From assembly GCA_964016885.1 (NCBI GenBank), contig OZ024748.1, positions 17,608,001-17,672,000 of the forward strand: a stretch of DNA of 64,000 nucleotides, written 5' to 3'. This document shows positions 42,335 to 54,080 of this stretch, piece after piece; position 1 is the first letter of the stretch, and each line of letters starts with the position of its first letter. The stretch comes from Eledone cirrhosa (taxonomy: Eukaryota). A program made the position numbers and the translations under genes. The notes beneath the pieces were generated by a model that saw nothing but the letters and a program-made list of their open reading frames with translations, was not told where the DNA came from and made no database searches.

Positions 42335-42955
42335 GATTTCTAATTTAAGCACAAGACTAACACGCATGGCAGAAGGAGAGTGTTATTGATTATATCAACC
42401 ACCTTAGTACATAACTGGTACTTTATTTCATTGACCCCCTAAAAATTGTAAAAATAAAGTTGATCTCATTAGGATTTCAACTCAGAACAAAGGGGAATAC
42501 CAACTATATCAACCCCAGTATTTAACTGGTACTTTATTTTATTGACCCTCAAAATGATGTTATGCAATGTTCACTGTGTTAGTTTTTAACCTCAGAATGA
42601 AGGAGAAAGTTGATTATATCAACCCCAGTATTTAACTGGTACTTTATTTTATTGACCCTCAAAAGGATGTTTTACAATGTTCACTGCATTAGTTTTTGAC
42701 CTCAGAACGAAGGAGAAAGTTGATTATATCAACCCCAGTACTGGTACTTTATTTCATTGACCAACAAAAGGGTGTAAAAGCAAAGGTGACCTCATTAGGA
42801 TTTCAACTCAGAACAAAAGGGAAGCCAATTATATCAACCCCAGTATTTAATTGGTACATTATTTTATTGACCCCAAAAGGATGTAATGCAATGTTGACCT
42901 CGTTAGAATTTTAACTCAAAACGAAGGAGAATGTTAATTATATCGACCCCAGTAC
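42335..42955 (-). repeat. ~110-bp tandem array built from the B-box and central domain of SINE family A
   Basis: attatatcaaccccagta anchor near 42389, 42503, 42614, 42723, 42828 and 42937. Confidence 0.8.
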
Positions 42956-42956
42956 T

Positions 42957-43300
42957 TCAAAGATCCTCGGCATTGGATGGCAAGAAAAGATCACAAACGA
43001 AGATGTGCTTTGAAAAGCCAATGCTACACACCTGAGTCTTGTCATCAAAAGCAGAAGAATACAGTCGGCAGGGCATGTCCTACAAACAGGGTACAATATA
43101 CCAGCAAGAACTGCAATGTCATGGTTGCCAGCTGGTGAGAAAAGGCCAAAGGGTCGATCAAAGAAGGCCTGGAGATCAACTCTAAAAGATGAGCTGCGCA
43201 GGTGTGGCACAAACTGGTTTCAAGCACCAACACTTGCCATGGACAAAGAAAAATAGAAGAGCATAGTGCCCCATTGCCATGGGGCAGGAAGAACCAGATA
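42957..43300 (+). mobile_element. Decayed RTE 3' fragment of another family
   Basis: KILGIGWQEKITNEDVL*...RRIQSAGHVL...KRPKGRSKKAWRST. Confidence 0.75.
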
Positions 43301-43509
43301 ACCAGACCAAACTAGAAAATCAACTTTACTTTTTCATCCTTCCTGAGTCAATAAAATAAAGTACTAATCAAGTACAAAATAATATTTTCTAATATTTTCA
43401 CATGGCCAGAAATTTTGAGGATGGGGAGAGTTGATTATATCAATAATCAACTCTCCCCATCCTCAAAATTTCTGGCCATGTGAAAATATTAGAAAATATT
43501 ATTAACAAG

Positions 43510-43680
43510 TGATGGATTGGCAGTATTGGTAGAGGGTCGGATGCCATGCTTTGCAGCATAGACTTACAGCTCTTTATGATCTGAGTTCAAGTTCTGCCGA
43601 GGTTAACTTTGCCTTTTATCCTTACGGGGGTCGATAAAATAAAGTACCAGCAATTCACTGGGATAATTTCTGGCTATATA
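43510..43680 (+). mobile_element. SINE family A copy
   Basis: Family A sequence with a near-duplicated flank ttagaaaa(t/c)attattaacaag. Confidence 0.8.
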
Positions 43681-44063
43681 GAAAACATTATTACATTAGA
43701 AAACATTATTAACAAGAAATCTTGTATTATCAAAACTGACAGCGAATCCCATGTATATTCTAAGTTTTTCATAAACATGGCTTATGGGACAGAATGGGAG
43801 AAAACATCTACAGAACTTCAATCCCAAACAATAGATGGCTTCAAGTGTAAGCCATCTATTGTTTTATTGGAATTCTTTTAAATAAATGTCAATAGGAAAT
43901 TAGAGATCAATTACTGTATTAATAGTGTCTGTTTGAATGTAAACACCTCTACATTTGTTCTATGTACTTCTCTCTCTCTCCCCTTTTCTAGTATTTGTGA
44001 CAGAAAACTCCATTTTTTTTCTTCTTTTAGTCTTCTTTAAATTCTCTCTCTTTCTATCTCTCT

Positions 44064-44112
<49 letters not shown>

Positions 44113-45165
44113 AGTTTAATATAAAAAAACATCCTGCATGCTGATTCTCAGCCACATTGGTTTTCCAATGGGGCTGAGAAACAGCATGCAAGAATTTTAA
44201 CGGAAAAACAATTTAACCTAATAACAAATGTTTTGATAAACCAAAACGGAGAAAGCAGGCTTTGCTAACATAAATTTTTAGAATCAAATTTTGTTCATCC
44301 TTTCTTATATAACATGATCTGTATAGAACGTTTTCTAACGACCATACTTTTCTCCCCCGCCCCCCTCTCTCTTTATATATATTTCTCTCTCAGAACAACC
44401 AAAAGAGGATTTGTTCATAACAGTTGTAACATTTTGAGATAAGTGGTTATATCAATTTACCTTTCACGTTATCAATTAAGGTGCACATCCTTGTCTGTTG
44501 AGCTGAAACGGTCCTAAAACATTGTTGTATGTTGTCCGTATAGTAATACTCAGTGGTATTCACCTGTACTGTTTATTTTTTTGTTCAATTTAGCTGTTGT
44601 TGTGTTGTCTTATTCATCTTTCTTATGGCTGAAAAAAAAAAAACATTCAAGGTGCTTTTATAATACAATCCCACCCTAAAGTACAAAATTGGATTTTCAG
44701 TCGTGGCTGATGAGGAGGATAGATAAATATATTCATTTATCATTTATGTTCGTTTTTTTCATGTATGAATTTGCTAATATTTGTTTGTTGTTGTGTTGTC
44801 TTGTTCGTCTTTCTTATATTTAAAAAACAAAACATAACAAAACATTCAAGGTGCTGTTATAATAGTTGTTTCTACTTTTGGTGTTATAATAATACAATCC
44901 CATCCTAAAGTATGAAATTGTATTTCCAGAGGTGGCTGAGGATGAGATTAGATGATTATATTCATTTGTTATTTATGTTCATTTTTCCATGTATAAATTT
45001 GCTGATATTTATTATACTGTTAACTCTTATACACACATTTTGATTTGATTTTACTATTGTTCACTTGCATGACAACCAAAATTATTTCAACAGCTAGTTC
45101 TAGACTGTTTTCTTTATAATATTATATTTCATATATTTCATATATATATATTTCATATATATATA

Positions 45166-46210
45166 GGGGGAGGGTGCTCTGAAAGTACAGTAGCTAGAGT
45201 CAGAACTGGATGGAAAAAGTTCAGAGAGCTTATACCACTATTAGCCGCTAGAGGGTTCTCCCTAAAAATGAAAGGCAGGTTATACGATGCCTGCATACGA
45301 ACAGCAATGCTGCATGGCAGTGAGACCTGGGCATTGTGTGCAGAGGATATACGCAGACTAGAGAGGAACGAAGCTTGCATGCTCCGCTGGATGTGCAATA
45401 GTAATATACGTGAACGGCAAAGCATAAACGAACTAAGGAAAAAATTAGAAATAAGAAGGATCAGATGTTGTTTACTCGAGAGAAGGCTACGTTGGTACGG
45501 TCACGTGATGCGCATGAAAGACGACAGCTGTATAACAAAGTGCAGGGCAATAAAGATAGACGGTAGCCACGGAGTAGGCAGACCCAGAAAAACATGGGAC
45601 GAGATGATAAATTCCGACCTCACACGCTTACACCTCTCCAAGACAATGTCACTGGACCGAGACCTTTGGCGGTACTCAGTAATAGAGAAGACCCGCCTTA
45701 CCTAAATACAAAGTAAAAACCTACTACAGTCAGTAGGCATCTCTATCAAAACACACCCCCGTCCCACCACCTCCACCCCATCCACACCGCCCCTTCAATG
45801 TAAAGTTATGTTGGTCCCACAACATCCAGGCCGAAACAAATGAGATCGTGTAGGTGTCACGAAAAAAAAACACACAGCCCACGCTGTAAATGTGGCCGTG
45901 TAGGCAACACGGTAAAAACCTCCCAGCCCCACACTGTAAATGTGGTTGGTGTTAGGAAGGGCATCCAGCTGTAGAAAACCCGCCAGACAGTCCACGCTGT
46001 AATGTGGCCGTGTAGGCAACACGGTAAAAACTTCCCAGCCCCACACTGTAAATGTGGTTGGTGTTAGGAAGGGCATCCAACTGTAGAAAACCCGCCAGAC
46101 AGTCCTATGCGAGCAAGACAACCACTCTTGCCTCAAGTGGGAAAACCCCGTCCAAACCCATGCAAGCGTGGAACACGGACGCTAAGCCTGATGATGATGA
46201 TGATGATGAT
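45166..46210 (+). mobile_element. 5'-truncated RTE LINE of the same group as the 9.2-kb copy
   Basis: GGCSESTVARVRTGWKKFREL...RRLRWYGHV...GRPRKTW, then a 3'UTR with an internal duplication and a (GAT)n tail. Confidence 0.93.
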
Positions 46211-46219
46211 ATATATATA

Positions 46220-47106
46220 CGAGGTGGGTCAGAAAAGTTCCAGGACTGATGTCAGAAAAGATTTATTTCAAACCCAAACTTCACACTAAGAGTTTTCTCC
46301 TTCAAAGTAATTCCCCTGGAGTCTAATGCACTTTTCCATCCTTTTCTGCCATGCTTGCATGCACACTCCTGGAAGGATTCTTCCGGGATCCTCCGCAGTT
46401 CCGTCGTCGCGGCCTTTTTGATGTCGTCCACGTCTTCAAAACGGGTCCCCTCCGGGTCGTACTCGAAGATCAATGACTCATCACCGGTGATGACTATCCC
46501 TAGCAAGTCTGGTTCGGTTTCAAGATGCTCGAGGATGTCCTGGCACACTTGCATGCGTCGACCCTTCTGGTCATCGTTCAGCAGTTTTGGCACCCTCTTC
46601 GCGCAGACTTTCCGCATGTCCAAATCTTCAGTGAGAATCTTCCAGACGCTGTCCCGATTCATGCCCAGCTCATTTGCCATCAGTCGAACAGTCAGCCAAC
46701 GATCGCTACACACCATCTGCCTGATGCGCTCAACGTTGACCTCAGTCCTGGTTGTTGAGGGCCTTCCGCTCCTGGGGTCATCTTGCACATCCTCGCGTCC
46801 TTCTTTAAACCTCTTGCACCACTCAAAAACACGTGAGCGTGACATCGTCTCATCTCCATACACTTGCTGCAGCAATCCCAGTGCTTCTGACGGAATTTTC
46901 AAGTTTGTTCGTTGCTCTGTGCTCATTACTTGACGACCTGAAACAGAGGACATGTATATAAAATTATGAAGAAAAAAGTTTGATCACTGCAGAGAGCTAA
47001 GATTACAGTTACATACTCCATTGAAGGAGAAAACTTTTAGTGTGAAGTTTGGGTTTGAAATAAATCTTTTGTGACATCAGTCCTGGAACTTTTCTGACAC
47101 ACCTCG
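46220..47106 (-). mobile_element. Internally deleted mariner transposon with 86-bp inverted termini
   Basis: TA|CGAGGTG...CACCTCG|TA. The ORF has the HTH region, GRP, RVPKLL and TGDES (first catalytic D), then jumps from FEYDPE to GTRFEDV and so lacks the other two catalytic aspartates. Confidence 0.92.
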
Positions 47107-47311
47107 TATATATATAGAGAGAGATATATTTTAACTTTATTTATATCTCATAAAATAATACAACTGGCTTTTCCACATAATACATATTGTTAGCACCCCA
47201 AACACTTAAATTGGGTTTATATTAAAATATAACCTAATATTTGTTGAGTGAGATGGTTACCAGTCAGAGATTAGCTTTAAACAGTCTCTGTTATTGTATT
47301 AATTATATATA

Positions 47312-47455
47312 TCATCATCATCATCATCATCATCAACGTTTAACGTCCGTGTTCCACGCTTGCATGGGTTTGGACGGGGGTAGTCCCACTTGAGGCAAGA
47401 GTGATTGTCTTGCTCGCATAGGACTGTCTGGCAGGTTTTCTACAGTTGGATGCCC
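47312..47455 (-). mobile_element. Very short RTE 3' end
   Basis: Reverse complement of 46070-46210, bounded by (TA)n. Confidence 0.85.
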
Positions 47456-47610
47456 TATTATATATATATATATAATATGATATAGCAGAGAGATATGTAG
47501 TCTTGATAACCACTTATAAGTGAGAAACGGTAACAAATTTAATATAGAAATTGCTTCTACAAGACTAAAATTGTTTCATTTGAAGATCATCAAGAAAGCT
47601 TCGGTTTGAC

Positions 47611-47657
47611 TTTCCTGATGATTTCTTTTGAATGAAACAGTTCTAGTCCTGTAGAAG
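47611..47657 (+). ncRNA. Type I hammerhead motif with a decayed inverted twin at ~47553-47598
   Basis: UUUC-CUGAUGA-UUUC-UUUU-GAAU-GAAA-CAG-loop-CUG-UA-GAAG. Same family as 20733. Confidence 0.7.
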
Positions 47658-47707
47658 CCATTGCCATATTAAATTTGATGTTTACACTCTACTGATTGAA
47701 CCCAGGA

Positions 47708-47743
<36 letters not shown>

Positions 47744-48385
47744 AGTCCTGAGTTCAATCAGGGGTAACCACAGTAAGTAAAGTTCTCAATACATTAGTAG
47801 AGTGTAAACATATATATATATATATTGTACCTTTCTTCATTTAAATAAGCTTCAAGCATAAGCATCACTTGATCTAAACTTCTTTCACATATGTTACTGC
47901 AGCATGGCTGGTTGTAGCTGAAAAAGACTCTTTTATCATTCCACCCCTATGTGCCTATGTGTTTCAAGAGGATTATGCTAATTATTAAGGTGTTTATCAG
48001 TGAAAGTTATATTGTGTTTTCACGAAGATAAACAGGTTCAAGGTAGTAAAAGCACTCTACGTCAGTCATATATACCCAGCATTGTGAAGGCAATTAAATA
48101 CAACAGTGTTTTTTTCATATAAGAAATAACATTAAGGCATGTTATGTTTATGTAATTGTATTTATATTTGTATCATCATCATCATCATCATTTAATGTCC
48201 ATTTTGCCATACTTGCATGAATTTGATGAGTTGCAGCATGCTAGCGTTGAAAGATGGATGTTAAGCAGTAATGATGATCACCATATGAATATGTGTATAT
48301 ATATATATATATACATTATGAAGAGAGAAGAAACATTTAGATATAATTAGTAATAAAATGTATCATACCTAAACTGCTCCTAAAT

Positions 48386-48473
48386 TCCTCGACTACGTAG
48401 TTTCGTGGCATAAACAAAAACAATATATCAAAGATATAGAGTCCTTGCGAGGTCTGCCGACTTATCAAGAGGA
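48386..48473 (-). ncRNA. Type I hammerhead with U3-A8 core, copy 1
   Basis: UCCUC-UUGAUAA-GUCGGCA...UGCCAC-GAAA-CUACGUAG-UC-GAGGA. Confidence 0.75.
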
Positions 48474-48976
48474 TACCTCATTTTACTAGTCTCAAGAACG
48501 CGTCTACACGACGTGAGAAAGAATCCCAAAAGGCGGAGGGGGAGATAGTCACACGATATAACGGTCGAGAAACAGAGCTAAGCCTCTTATAACCACGAAG
48601 AAAATACCACGGAGGCGGAGGGGGTATTCATATCGAGGCCGCAGAAGAGGTAGTGAAGAAGGCGAGAAGTATGAGTAATGGAAGCTTTCCAGTTGTCCCC
48701 ACACCTCAAAGATTGCTCGACCAGAGGGAGTTATTAATATATTTAGAAACACACAGATACATGCGGACACACACATATATACATGAATGTATCCGCACCC
48801 AACTGTGAGTTAAGGGTGCCAACTTCACCGATGTTGCTCAATGAATGACTGGGACAGACCAATTCAGTTTGAACCAGACTGAACCAGTATCAGAGTTAAA
48901 AATACATTATGAAGAGAGAAGAAACATTTAGATATAATTAGTAATAAAATGTATCATACCTAAACTGCTCCTAAAT

Positions 48977-49064
48977 TCCTCGACTACGTAGTTTCGTGGC
49001 ATAAACAAAAACAATATATCAAAGATATAGAGTCCTTGCGAGGTCTGCCGACTTATCAAGAGGA
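48977..49064 (-). ncRNA. Type I hammerhead with U3-A8 core, copy 2
   Basis: Identical to copy 1, offset by 591 bp. Confidence 0.75.
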
Positions 49065-49478
49065 TACCTCATTTTACTAGTCTCAAGAACGCGTCTACAC
49101 GACGTGAGAAAGAATCCCAAAAGGCGGAGGGGGAGATAGTCACGCGATATAACGGTCGAGAAACAGAGCTAAGCCTCTTATAACCACGAAGAAAATACCA
49201 CGGAGGCGGAGGGGGTATTCATATCGAGGCCGCAGAAGAGGTAGTGAAGAAGGCGAGAAGTATGAGTAATGGAAGCTTTCCAGTTGTCCCCACACCTCAA
49301 AGATTGCTCGACCAGAGGGAGTTATTAATACATTTAGAAACACACAGATACATGCGGACACACATATATATATATATATGTATGAATGAAGTAATTCCGT
49401 CGGAAAAGTCCAGGAAAAAAGAGTGCTCTATATATACAATATATTATCAAATGGAAACTATATTTATAAAACCATATT

Positions 49479-49545
49479 TATTTTATTATACATATTTCAA
49501 GGGCCACCAAGGCAAATTATGGTGCGCTTTCATCTGATAAAATAC
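49479..49545 (-). ncRNA. Decayed hammerhead of the 12389/54016 family
   Basis: UAUUUUAU-CAGAUGA (U4 mutated)-stem II (CACCA/UGGUG)-GAAA-UAUGUA-UA-AUAAAAUA. Confidence 0.6.
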
Positions 49546-49803
49546 AATACAGATTAGTTTTATACATAAATATTGACAAACCCCGAAAAAAGACAACCTT
49601 AACGGTTGGAGCTTCCTGGATAGTGGAGATATTAGATTTATTGAGGGTGATATAAGATTATGATTGAGTATGCATTGAGGGTGATATAAGATTATGATTG
49701 AGTTTCCATTTGTTAATATATTGTATATTTACTCCAATAATTTGTTGAGTGCTTTATATCAGTTATAAAATCAGTTATATAACAAATTAAATATAACCTC
49801 TGC

Positions 49804-49847
<44 letters not shown>

Positions 49848-49885
49848 ACGTGTGTGTGTATATATATATATATTTATGCATGTAT

Positions 49886-51230
49886 ATCATCATCATCCTC
49901 ATCATCATCGTTTAATGTCTATCTTCCACACTAGCATGGGTTTAGACGGGAATTGTCCCACTAGAGGCAAGATCGGTTGTCTTGCTCGTATAGAACTATC
50001 TGGCAGGTTTTCTACGGCTGGATGCCCTTCCTAACACCAACCACGTTTATAGTGTGGACTGGGAGGTTTTTACCGTGTTACCTACACGGCCACATTACAG
50101 CGTGGACTGTGTGTTTTTTTTGTCGTGACACCTACACGACCTAATTTATTTAGGACTGGATGCTATGGTACCAACATTACTTTACAGAGGAAGGGGTGAT
50201 GTAGATGGGGTGGGGCTAGGGGTAGTGGGATTGGGGGGGGGGGTATTTTTGGTTGTTAGGTGCCTACTGACTGTAGGTTTCGCTTTGTACTTAGGCAAGG
50301 CGGATCTTCTAAAGATCTCGGTCCAGTGACATTGTCTTGGAGAAGTTTAAGTATGTAAGGTTGGAATTTATCAAATCGTCCCAGGTTTTTCTGGGTCTGC
50401 CTACTCTGTAGCTTCCATCAATTTTGATTGCCCTGCACTTTTTTATACAGTTGACGTCTTTCATGCGCATCACGTGACCATACCAATGTAGTCTTCGCTC
50501 GAGTAAACAGCATCTGATGCCTCTTCTTCCTAATTTCTCACTTAGTTCATTTATGCTTTGCCGTTCACGTATATTACTATTACACATCCAACGGAGCATG
50601 CAAGCTTTGTTACTCTCCAGTCTGCGAAGATCCTCTGCACACAATGCCCATGTCTCACTGCCATGTAGCATTGCTGTTCGTATGCAGGCATCATACAGCC
50701 TGCCTTTCATTTTTAGAGAGAACCCTTTAGCGGCCAATAGTGGTATAAGCTCTCTGAACTTTTTCCATCCCGTTCTGACTCTGGCTACTGTACTTTTAGA
50801 GAACCCTGCACCACTGTTGATTTTGTCACCCAGGTAACGGAAGGTGTCCACTATTTCTATAGAACCATCTGGGCAATTGAAGGAGTTAGTATCCTGTGCG
50901 CACTTGCTACTACTTATTGCACCTGAGCACTGGCCACATATAAAATCTATGTTCTTAGTTAGCTTACCTGTGATCCCACTACATCTTTTATGTACCCATA
51001 CTTTGGATTTGGGACATAAAATGGAGTTTCTGCCTACTCCTTTCCTACACACTGAGCATGGCCATTTCCCAGAGAGGACCAGTGCCTTATTTTCCTTCCT
51101 ACATACTAGAACTTTAGTCTTAGACAAGTTAATTTTAAGGCCGTTTGATTCTAGGCCATGCTTCCATGTTTGGAATTTCTTCTCTAGTTCAACCATTGAT
51201 TCAGCTTTGAGCGTTAGATCATCTGCATAT
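49886..51230 (-). mobile_element. 5'-truncated RTE LINE with the PHD-like insert
   Basis: YADDL...CSVC...CPKS...HKRC...CGQC...RYLG...LHGSETW. A premature stop lies near the end, followed by the 3'UTR and (GAT)n tail. Confidence 0.93.
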
Positions 51231-51380
51231 ATATATAAAGAGAGAGAGAGAGAGAGAAAGAGAAAGAGAATCTGTAGTGCTGAGACCGAGGAGACCACTA
51301 ATCTTGAGAGTATTCGATGTATGAGGAGATGTGGAGAGGATGTAGAGATATACCTAGGTGTCACGGTCGGGATTTTACAT

Positions 51381-51460
<80 letters not shown>

Positions 51461-52136
51461 TATAGGTGCAAAGATATTTATGTAGGCAACTCACCTGATT
51501 GGTTAAATGATGATAATAATGATGATGATGAGGAGGACTTTGTTGTTGTTATGGTCCAATCCTGTATAGTTCTAGCTGGCTTCATAACAAGATAGCATCT
51601 TTATCATTAAGACACCTGAGAAATCAGGTGTCTTAATGATACGAATCCCAAGTCATTCATCTGATTATTCTTCCTTGTGATACAAAGCAGAAATTGGATT
51701 CAAAATTCAGAATTCAAAGAGCCGGAAAAGATACCCCCAATCCAATACCCCCAAATGATTCATGAGGTGACACCAATCTCAAAAGGTATCACAAGACAAA
51801 GAAAGCTTAAGCTTAATGGAATTTGAACTCAAAGTGTAGAATTGAAAGCCAGGACAAATATCACAAGATACCTAATCTCCTCTTCTCAAGTCTTTACCAA
51901 TTAACTCACATTATACACTTCTTTGATTAGCTCAGATTAATTCACTTTACTGGGATTAATAATTGATTGTATAGGTCTATCTTGCCAATCAATCTCTCTC
52001 AACCTCTGTCTCACTCTCTCTCGCTATCCCTCTGTCTATCTCCCTCTCCTTCTCTCCCTTGATCCCTCTGTTACTCTGACTCTCCCTCTGTCTCTTTTTC
52101 CCTCTTTCTGTTTCTCTCCCTCTCTCTCTCCCCCTA

Positions 52137-52168
<32 letters not shown>

Positions 52169-52333
52169 AAGAATTAGTATATCTACCAACATATATATAC
52201 AGGTTTTGTCTTAGTAACTTTGTGGTTCAATGCAAGGGGATGCAGAATAATTATATGAAAGACGTAAAATAAGAAAATTATAAAAATTAACTTACTTACT
52301 AAAATTTCACTCCAACTAATTAGTTTCTGAAAG

Positions 52334-52390
52334 GGAATAAACATAGTTTCCGAATGGAGCCCATGGAGAAAGCCTTTCGTCATCAGGAAG
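52334..52390 (-). ncRNA. Decayed hammerhead motif
   Basis: CUGAUGA-CGAA...UUCG-GAAA-CUAUG-UU. Stem I is out of register. Confidence 0.45.
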
Positions 52391-52592
52391 TCTATTCTCA
52401 GCTAATTTCCCAGGCGATGTGTGGACACAGGGAACTTATACAAAAATAATTCAGTGGATGGAAAAAAGCAAGCGTGGACTAAATTCCAAGACATTGAAAA
52501 AATCACTATATATATATATAGAAAGAGAGAGAGAGAGATATGTGTGTCACCCTTTTCTTCTCCCTTTTCTTCCCTCCTCTCTTTCTCTCTAC

Positions 52593-52634
<42 letters not shown>

Positions 52635-52689
52635 CAGTCCAGAAATAGCCGTCGAAGCGGCTTGAGCTCTGCCGTCGGGGGTCATACTT

Positions 52690-52775
52690 TTTCCTATTTC
52701 CCACTCTACTACCCTAAGTATTGAATACTCTGGTGCGTTATGGTCCATCTGGTTCCTTACCACACTTCCTTTGTT
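52690..52775. repeat. Short (TA)n-embedded repeat family, also at 61783-61870 (inverted) and 63715-63805; probable Penelope-like 3' end
   Basis: Shared cccactctactaccctaagta...tggtcca.ctggttccttaccaca. The 63.7-kb copy lies next to a hammerhead. Confidence 0.6.
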
Positions 52776-53477
52776 ATATATATATCACTCTTTTGTTCTC
52801 CCTTTTCTTCCCTCCTCTCCCTCTCTCTACCTCAGTCTTTCTCTCTTTCACATCCTCACACCTGTACATTGGAATTGTGGGAGCCTTATAACAGTAATAT
52901 CTTTAATTTTTTTGTATTTCAACATAATATAACATCTTAAAGAATCAAGAATAAGCAGTTGTGCATCACACATGACTCATATATTCCATTCTGGCATGGA
53001 TTCTATGGCTGGATGCCCTTCACAGCATGTACTTGGTACAATTTATCATGGCCCCGCCACTACCACATAACATGAGAGGACAACCCATGAGATATTACAT
53101 CTAAGGTAGAAGATACACATGATATTGAGTGCTTTTTGCTTATTACATCAAGATCTTTTGATCAGAATGACTGGATCACAAACACAGCTACCTATCAGTT
53201 AAACTATACAACATAAAGAAATATATATATATGAGCACTTTACTCTAGTATACATGGCAGCTGGGAGACCCTTTAAGGAACTCATATGTCTGCTGGACGC
53301 ACAAGCAAAAGGATGTGTTTTTTCCTGCCGGTGGCATATCAGAAAATCGAATTTCATCTGATAATAACGTTCTCATAACAACAACAAATGCATGAATTAC
53401 ATCTTGATTGCATGGGAGAACCACTGAAATAATTATAATGAATAAACAATTTATGTAACATCAGCATCTTTATTAAT

Positions 53478-53858
53478 TGTTTCTACTTTAGGCACAAGGC
53501 CAGCAATTACCCAGTGCATTACTGGTACTTTATTTTATCGACCCCGTAAGGATGAAAGGCAAAGTCAACCTCGGCGGGATTTGAACTCAGATCGTAAAGG
53601 GATGTAACTATGCTGGAAAGCATGGCGTCCGACCCTCTACCGATACTGCCAATCCACATCAGCATCTTTATTAATGTTGGCAGTATCGGTAGAGAGTTGG
53701 ATGCCATGCTTTCTAGCATAGTTATGTCCCTTTACGGTCTGAGTTCAAATCCCGCCGAGGTTGACTTTGCCTTTCATCCTTACGGGGTCGATAAAATAAA
53801 GTACCAGTAATGTACTGGGATAATTGCTGACCTTGTGCCAAAAGTAGAAACAATTATT
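53478..53858. mobile_element. Two SINE family A copies head to head, ~20 bp apart
   Basis: The minus copy 53478-53655 has a 20-bp target-site duplication acatcagcatctttattaat (53458-53477 and 53656-53675). The plus copy is 53676-53858. Confidence 0.9.
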
Positions 53859-53944
53859 ATACTGAATCTCCATCGTAACTACAAACTACGAATGTTGAGA
53901 GCTTTCTCCTGCTTGCTCCTGTTTTTACCAAAACAATCTCTTCA

Positions 53945-53975
<31 letters not shown>

Positions 53976-54015
53976 CGATATTAATAAATGGAAACTATAT
54001 TTATAAAACCATATT

Positions 54016-54080
54016 TATTTCATTATATATATTTCAAGGATACCAAGTTACATTATGGTATGCCTTCATCAGACAAAATA
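54016..54080 (-). ncRNA. Penelope-type hammerhead; an inverted twin at 54174-54222 (+) has lost stem III
   Basis: UAUUUUGU-CUGAUGA-AGGCAUACCA...UGGUAUCCUU-GAAA-UAUAUA-UA-AUGAAAUA. Confidence 0.75.

Larger units (their letters stand above)
48311..49372 (-). mobile_element. 591-bp partial tandem repeat (~1.8 units) with two hammerheads: retrozyme or Penelope pseudo-LTR candidate
   Basis: 48311-48780 recurs at 48902-49372 with only two substitutions seen. CpG-rich, no long ORF, flanked by (TA)n. Confidence 0.8.

Noticed and set aside
44707-44730. Isolated CTGATGA words here and at ~60470 (-)
   Set aside because: There is no properly closed stem II with GAAA and no stem I, so they were not counted as hammerheads.
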